From Vulcanimicrobiota bacterium (lineage in GTDB: Bacteria > Vulcanimicrobiota > Vulcanimicrobiia > Vulcanimicrobiales > Vulcanimicrobiaceae), in contig CAWAXX010000017.1 in NCBI GenBank assembly GCA_963786105.1, forward strand, positions 224,001 through 288,000: DNA of 64,000 nucleotides. The letters run 5' to 3'. A model generated the notes under the pieces. It was not told the DNA's origin and ran no database searches. It was given only the letters and a program-made list of their open reading frames with translations. Position numbers and translations under genes: made by a program. Below, piece after piece: positions 59,490 through 64,000 of the stretch. Within the stretch, counting starts at the first letter, position 1; each line of letters starts with the position of its first letter.

Positions 59490-60336
59490 AGTCGTAAAAT
59501 CCCTTCCCGCTCTTGCGCCCCAAACGGCCGGCGAGCACCATGCGCTTGAGCAGCGGCGGTGCGGCCATCATCGGGTCTTTGAACTCGTCGAACATGATCT
59601 CGGCGATGTAGTACGTCGTGTCGAGCCCCACGAAGTCGAGGAGTTCGAAAGGACCCATCGGATAGCCGCACCCGAGCTTCATGCCCTTGTCGATGTCTTC
59701 TTTACTCGCCAAGCCCTGCTCCAGCAGCCGAATCGCGTACAGCAGATACGGAACCAACAGCCGATTGACGACGAAGCCCGGCGTGTCCGTGGCCAGGATC
59801 GGTTCTTTGCCGAGCTTTCTCGAGAAGGCAAAGAGCGCGTCGACCGTATCTTGCGAGGTAGCGATCGTCTTCACGACCTCGACCAGCTTCATGATCGGAA
59901 CCGGGTTAAAGAAATGAAGTCCGGCGACTTTGTCGGGACGGCGAGTTTTGGCCGCCAACTCGATCACGCACAAGCTCGACGTATTCGTGCAGATGATGGC
60001 GTCAGGTGTGAGCAGCTCGTCGAGGCGACGAAACAGCGCGGTCTTCACGTCGACGTTTTCGACGATAGCTTCGATGACGAGATCGCAGCTTTTGACGTCG
60101 GCGAGATCGGTGGTCGCCTTGATGCGCGCGGCAGTTGCCGCCCGCTCGCTTTGTGAGAGCCTGCCCTTCTCGACGAACTTATCGAGGGACTTGGTGATGG
60201 CAGATACGCCACGGTCGAGCGGTTCTTGTGCCACCTCGACGAGCACGACGTCCAGCCCGGCGCTCGCAATCGTTTGCGCGATACCGTTTCCCATCAAGCC
60301 GGCGCCGCAGACGCCGACGCTGCGGATCTCAGACAC
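59482..60336 (-). CDS. hbd: 3-hydroxybutyryl-CoA dehydrogenase
   Basis: GAGLMG.GI, EAIVE, NTSS, HFFNP, PGFVVNR, PMGPF.L.D.VGLD. Confidence 0.92.
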   Translation of the reverse strand: MSEIRSVGVCGAGLMGNGIAQTIASAGLDVVLVEVAQEPLDRGVSAITKSLDKFVEKGRLSQSERAATAARIKATTDLADVKSCDLVIEAIVENVDVKTALFRRLDELLTPDAIICTNTSSLCVIELAAKTRRPDKVAGLHFFNPVPIMKLVEVVKTIATSQDTVDALFAFSRKLGKEPILATDTPGFVVNRLLVPYLLYAIRLLEQGLASKEDIDKGMKLGCGYPMGPFELLDFVGLDTTYYIAEIMFDEFKDPMMAAPPLLKRMVLAGRLGRKSGKGFYDYA

Positions 60337-60458
60337 GAGCGTTCCCTTCTTATAGGTGAGTTTGGGTCGCTTATGGTTTGATAAAGAGCGCAGGTCCATT
60401 CGTTGCGTTGCGGGGAAGTCACCTTTGCCCTATACTGGGGGCTGCCGCTTTTTAGAGG

Positions 60459-61106
60459 ATGGGAGAGGACTTGCGGATTGCGTATCACGAGGCGCTGGAG
60501 GGCACGCGGCTCGACGTCGTTCGATTGGGAGCGCTGGTCGGCGACGCCATTCGCGTCGCGGTCGATGCGCTCAATAGCCGGGACGCGGCGGCCGGAGCCC
60601 GCGTGGTTGCCGGCGACGACACCGTCGACGACCTTCGTCGCCGAGTCGAGGCGCACTGCATCGAGTTGATTTGGCGGCAACAGCCGGTTGCCGGAGAACT
60701 ACGCGAAATTGCCGCGATGCTCGAGATCGCGACCGATCTAGAGCGCGTCGGCGATTATGCCGTCGACATCGCGAAGAACGCGATCAAGCTCTCCGATCAA
60801 GCGATGCGTCCGCAGAAGGTGGAGATCGATCGTATCGCGGGCGTGGCGCACGCCATGCTGCTGGACGCCATGCGCGCGTACACCGAGCGCAACGCTACCC
60901 TGGCGAGCGAAGTCATCGATCGCGACGATCAAGTCGACAAGCTTTACAAACGCAGCATCAAGCTGTTGCAGGAAGAGATGCGAAGCGATCCCGATATCGT
61001 ACGCCCGGGAACGCGCTACCTGTTCGTGTTGGCCTCGATCGAGCGAGTCGGCGATCGTGCCGGAAACATTGCCTGGCACACGAAGGACATGATCGGCACC
61101 GAGTGA
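60459..61106 (+). CDS. phoU: Phosphate signalling protein PhoU
   Basis: Two PhoU repeats: QQPVA.ELR, DLERVGD, D..VD, ERVGD. Confidence 0.93.
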   Translation: MGEDLRIAYHEALEGTRLDVVRLGALVGDAIRVAVDALNSRDAAAGARVVAGDDTVDDLRRRVEAHCIELIWRQQPVAGELREIAAMLEIATDLERVGDYAVDIAKNAIKLSDQAMRPQKVEIDRIAGVAHAMLLDAMRAYTERNATLASEVIDRDDQVDKLYKRSIKLLQEEMRSDPDIVRPGTRYLFVLASIERVGDRAGNIAWHTKDMIGTE

Positions 61107-62254
61107 GCACCCCGCTTCCACGCAGCGAGTTCGCCGTCACCGAACGGTCCGTCTACCTCAATCACGCCGCCGTCGGCATCCTGCCGCGTTCGTCGCGCTT
61201 GGCGATCGAGGAGTTGCTGCGCGCGCACGGCGATGCGGGCGTGCTCGGAACCTATCCGTACGACGCACGCATGCCCGAGTATCGCGAGCGGATCGGCGGC
61301 TTCATCGGAGCGAAGGGTAGCGAAATCGCCACCGTCCCCAGCACGAGCTCGGGTGCGAACGTCGTCGCCCTGGGCATCGATTGGCGGCCGGGCGACGAGG
61401 TGCTGCTATGCGACAACGAGTTCCCGGCCAATGCGGTACCTTGGGTCGCGCTACGCAAACGCGGCGTCGCGGTGCGTCTGCTGTCGACGCACGATGAGCG
61501 ACTGACGCCCGATCGTTTGAAGCGAGAGTTGACGGCGCACACGCGAGCGGTCGCGCTTTCGTGGGTTTCGTATGCCGATGGGTACCGGCACGACTTGGCA
61601 TCGCTCGGCGAGGTCGCACACGCCGCTGGGGCGCTGTTGTGCGTCGACGCGATTCAAGGTCTCGGAGCGCTTCAACTCAACGTGCGCGAAGCGGGCATCG
61701 ATACGCTATATGCCGGTGCCGGAAAATGGATGCTCGGGCTGCACGGCATCGGCCTCCTCTACGTCCGCGAGGACCTCATCGATCGGCTAAGGTTGGCGAT
61801 GCCGGGCTGGCGGTCGATGCACGACATGTGGGATTTCCACGAGTACGAGCAACCCTACGCGGCCGAAGCCATGCGTTTCGAGGGCGGCACGCCGAACATC
61901 GTCGGGACGCTGTCGCTCGTGCGGTCGATCGACCTGTTCGAGCGCTGCGACCCGGCCGCGACCGAGCGGCACGTGTTGGCGCTGACCGATTATCTGTGCG
62001 AGCGGTTGGGCCGGGCCGGTGCGACCGTGCTAACGCGGCGCGCGCCGGGAATTTCCTCCGGCATCGTTACGTTCGAGATGCCCGGCAGCGACAGCGTCGC
62101 GCTTGGCCGCGCTTTGCAGAGGGAAGGCGTGGTGACGACCTATCGCCCGGGCGGCATCCGCGTCGCTCCCCACGGCTACAATACACGGGAAGATATCGAC
62201 CGTCTCGTCGAGTTCGCGTGCGCCGCTACGTCGATAGCGCCGACGACGTCATGA
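61103..62254 (+). CDS. Class V PLP-dependent aminotransferase / cysteine desulfurase-like enzyme
   Basis: YLNHAA, EFPAN, VDAIQ, GKWM (PLP lysine), RFEGGT, IRV.PH.YN. Confidence 0.88.
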   Translation: MSTPLPRSEFAVTERSVYLNHAAVGILPRSSRLAIEELLRAHGDAGVLGTYPYDARMPEYRERIGGFIGAKGSEIATVPSTSSGANVVALGIDWRPGDEVLLCDNEFPANAVPWVALRKRGVAVRLLSTHDERLTPDRLKRELTAHTRAVALSWVSYADGYRHDLASLGEVAHAAGALLCVDAIQGLGALQLNVREAGIDTLYAGAGKWMLGLHGIGLLYVREDLIDRLRLAMPGWRSMHDMWDFHEYEQPYAAEAMRFEGGTPNIVGTLSLVRSIDLFERCDPAATERHVLALTDYLCERLGRAGATVLTRRAPGISSGIVTFEMPGSDSVALGRALQREGVVTTYRPGGIRVAPHGYNTREDIDRLVEFACAATSIAPTTS

Positions 62255-63653
62255 CGGCGTCGGTCATGCCGTGGATGAGTCGCTTGTCGGCCGGGGCGAT
62301 GGTTGCGAGAATTCCGCCGAGTCGAACGTCGTCTTCACCGGTAACGAAGTAGTACGGACAAAGGCGAACGCGACCGTCGTACGTGCGAATCTCGTCCTTC
62401 TCGCGGTCGAAATAGGTCTGCTGCAGCCGTTTGCCTTTGTGGAAATGCTGCAAGATATAGGGCGTCTTGTCGAAGGATGCGAGGGCCGCGTCGATCGTCG
62501 CCGCCCACTCGTCCTTGGTGAGATCGTTGGCGATTTTCACCCCGCGCGATCCCCACGCCAACTCTGAAAATCCGGAAGGCTTCACCACGTAGTCGCGCTC
62601 GCTTTTCCCCAGCTCGATTAAGCGGCGAAAATCGGCAATCGGCTGTCCACCGGCTTCTAAACCGTGGACGACCGCCTGAGGCGGCAGCGGTCGCGGATCG
62701 AGAATCCACGTCTTGGGAAAGATCGCTTGCAGACGCTCGAAGCGTTCCTTTCCCAGCTCTCCGATCCACAGCGAGGCCAGCGCGTAATGATGGAAAAGGG
62801 CGAACGATAGCTTTTCTTCGAGGTTGGCTTTCGGCGGCGGCGTCATCTTCACGCGATTGTGGCGCGCCGCGTAGAGCATGAGCTCTTGTTTGGGCACGTT
62901 GTACAAATCGAACATTTCGAAGTTGCGATACAGCGCGTCGAGCCGTTCCTCGCGACCGTCTTCATGCCGAATGAAGAGCCCTTCTTCGGTAAAGAAGATC
63001 TCGTTTGGCGCACGCAACCAGGCATTGGCGACGTCCAGCCGGCGCATCGCACCGGCAAGCCAGCCCATTTCGTTGCGGTAGTCGGCAGATTCGTCCGACA
63101 CGACGATGGCGACCGTCGGCCGCTCGACGCGGGTGACGTGACGCAGCATAGCCGCGAAACTCTTGGGAATACCGTCGGCTCCACCGGCACTCTCGATGCC
63201 GAGCTGGCAGTACGCCTCGGTCGTCGCGCCGAGGAATCCCATTCCGCCGGGGACGCTGTCGAGCTCGGTCGCCGCAAAGCCGTCGTCGGTGACGATCAAA
63301 TCCGGGCGAATGATGGCGGGAAGTTCTTGCTTAAAGCGATTCTGGCGCGCGAGCTTCACGATTTGTTCGGGTTTCCCGTGATCGAGATATTCGGCGACGA
63401 ACGCGGGAGCGGTCCCTCGCGCGCTACGATTGTACAGGTTGTTGAGCGCGCGGTAGAACGCCAGAAGGTCCTGGCCGAGACGTTGGATCGTGTCGAGTTG
63501 CTCGGCGGTTAATGCAAACGGCTCGGGGCTGACGCGCCAGGCGATACGCTCGTTTTCGTCGTTGACCCGGAACAGGCCGGGCGGTATCGCTTCGTACAGG
63601 TGGTGCGCTTGCTCCCGAACCGTGAGGTCGGGTTTGGTGGCCGTACAAGGCAT
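62226..63653 (-). CDS. ATP-grasp-like ligase (glutathionylspermidine synthase / circularly permuted ATP-grasp-like)
   Basis: IRPD...TELDSVPGG, VVKPSG..WGSRGV, YILQ.F, RVRLCPY pattern. Confidence 0.65.
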   Translation of the reverse strand: MPCTATKPDLTVREQAHHLYEAIPPGLFRVNDENERIAWRVSPEPFALTAEQLDTIQRLGQDLLAFYRALNNLYNRSARGTAPAFVAEYLDHGKPEQIVKLARQNRFKQELPAIIRPDLIVTDDGFAATELDSVPGGMGFLGATTEAYCQLGIESAGGADGIPKSFAAMLRHVTRVERPTVAIVVSDESADYRNEMGWLAGAMRRLDVANAWLRAPNEIFFTEEGLFIRHEDGREERLDALYRNFEMFDLYNVPKQELMLYAARHNRVKMTPPPKANLEEKLSFALFHHYALASLWIGELGKERFERLQAIFPKTWILDPRPLPPQAVVHGLEAGGQPIADFRRLIELGKSERDYVVKPSGFSELAWGSRGVKIANDLTKDEWAATIDAALASFDKTPYILQHFHKGKRLQQTYFDREKDEIRTYDGRVRLCPYYFVTGEDDVRLGGILATIAPADKRLIHGMTDAVMTSSALST

Positions 63654-63805
63654 GGTGACGGTTAGGCTCCCTGTCGACAGCCGTCGGGAATCTTGGAACT
63701 GCTGAACGCGATATACAGACGCCGCATGCTACGAGTCTTAAAATACCCAGTTGCCCCGAGGGTTGCAACCCAATGCCGCTGCGGCGCCCGGCCGTGGGGA
63801 GAGGG

Positions 63806-64000
63806 CTACTTGATGGTGATGCCGCCGGGCGTCAGCAGCGCCCCTTCGACCCGGACCACGCCGCCGCCGTAGACGAGCGTCAGATGAAGGACGCCGGGCA
63901 TCCCGATACGGCTCAGCTCGAGGCTCTCGAGGATGCGCGAACTGCCCTCGCCGCCGACGAAGTGCAACTCGCGCGCTGAGCTAAAGGAGCCGCCCGAAGC
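63806..64000 (-). CDS. C-terminal part of a hypothetical protein cut by the window edge
   Basis: Open minus frame ...LHLTLVYGGGVVRVEGALLTPGGITIK* ending at TAG 63806-63808. Confidence 0.45.
   Translation of the reverse strand, partial: ASGGSFSSARELHFVGGEGSSRILESLELSRIGMPGVLHLTLVYGGGVVRVEGALLTPGGITIK

Noticed and set aside
63773..63979. Plus-strand 68-aa ORF at the right edge
   Set aside because: More likely the shadow of a minus-strand CDS ending at 63806, co-oriented with the ATP-grasp-like gene.
1..64000. CRISPR array
   Set aside because: No regularly spaced direct repeats with unique spacers and no cas genes.

Overview
A GC-rich bacterial chromosomal window. The gene content suggests a soil lineage such as Eremiobacterota/Vulcanimicrobiota, but this is inference only. 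The left part (1-25 kb) is accessory-like: arylsulfatase, S9 peptidase, cNMP-TrxB fusion, Mop/ModA, hydrolases, a wHTH-TPR regulator, an Lhr helicase and four tRNAs. It also holds a decayed phosphoesterase relic and a compact promoter-leader peptide-attenuator unit controlling an unknown 65-aa protein. The middle (25-38 kb) is housekeeping: tRNA-Gly and tRNA-Cys, panE, recG, M16 peptidase, rsmD, coaD, thiolase. About 39-58.7 kb is a complete group 1h-type (high-affinity, Hhy) [NiFe]-hydrogenase locus. It has a NiCoT nickel permease, a His-rich mini-protein, a MalT/STAND-wHTH regulator, hypAB transcribed divergently from hhySL, conserved accessory genes, a maturation protease, an unusual tandem pair of YceI-like genes, hypCDE, a double-SIS protein, a glutaredoxin-like protein and hypF. 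Many accessory genes of this locus carry single-base frameshifts, probably assembly errors. The right end has crt/hbd, phoU, a class V PLP enzyme and an ATP-grasp-like protein. No CRISPR array, integrase or transposase was seen.
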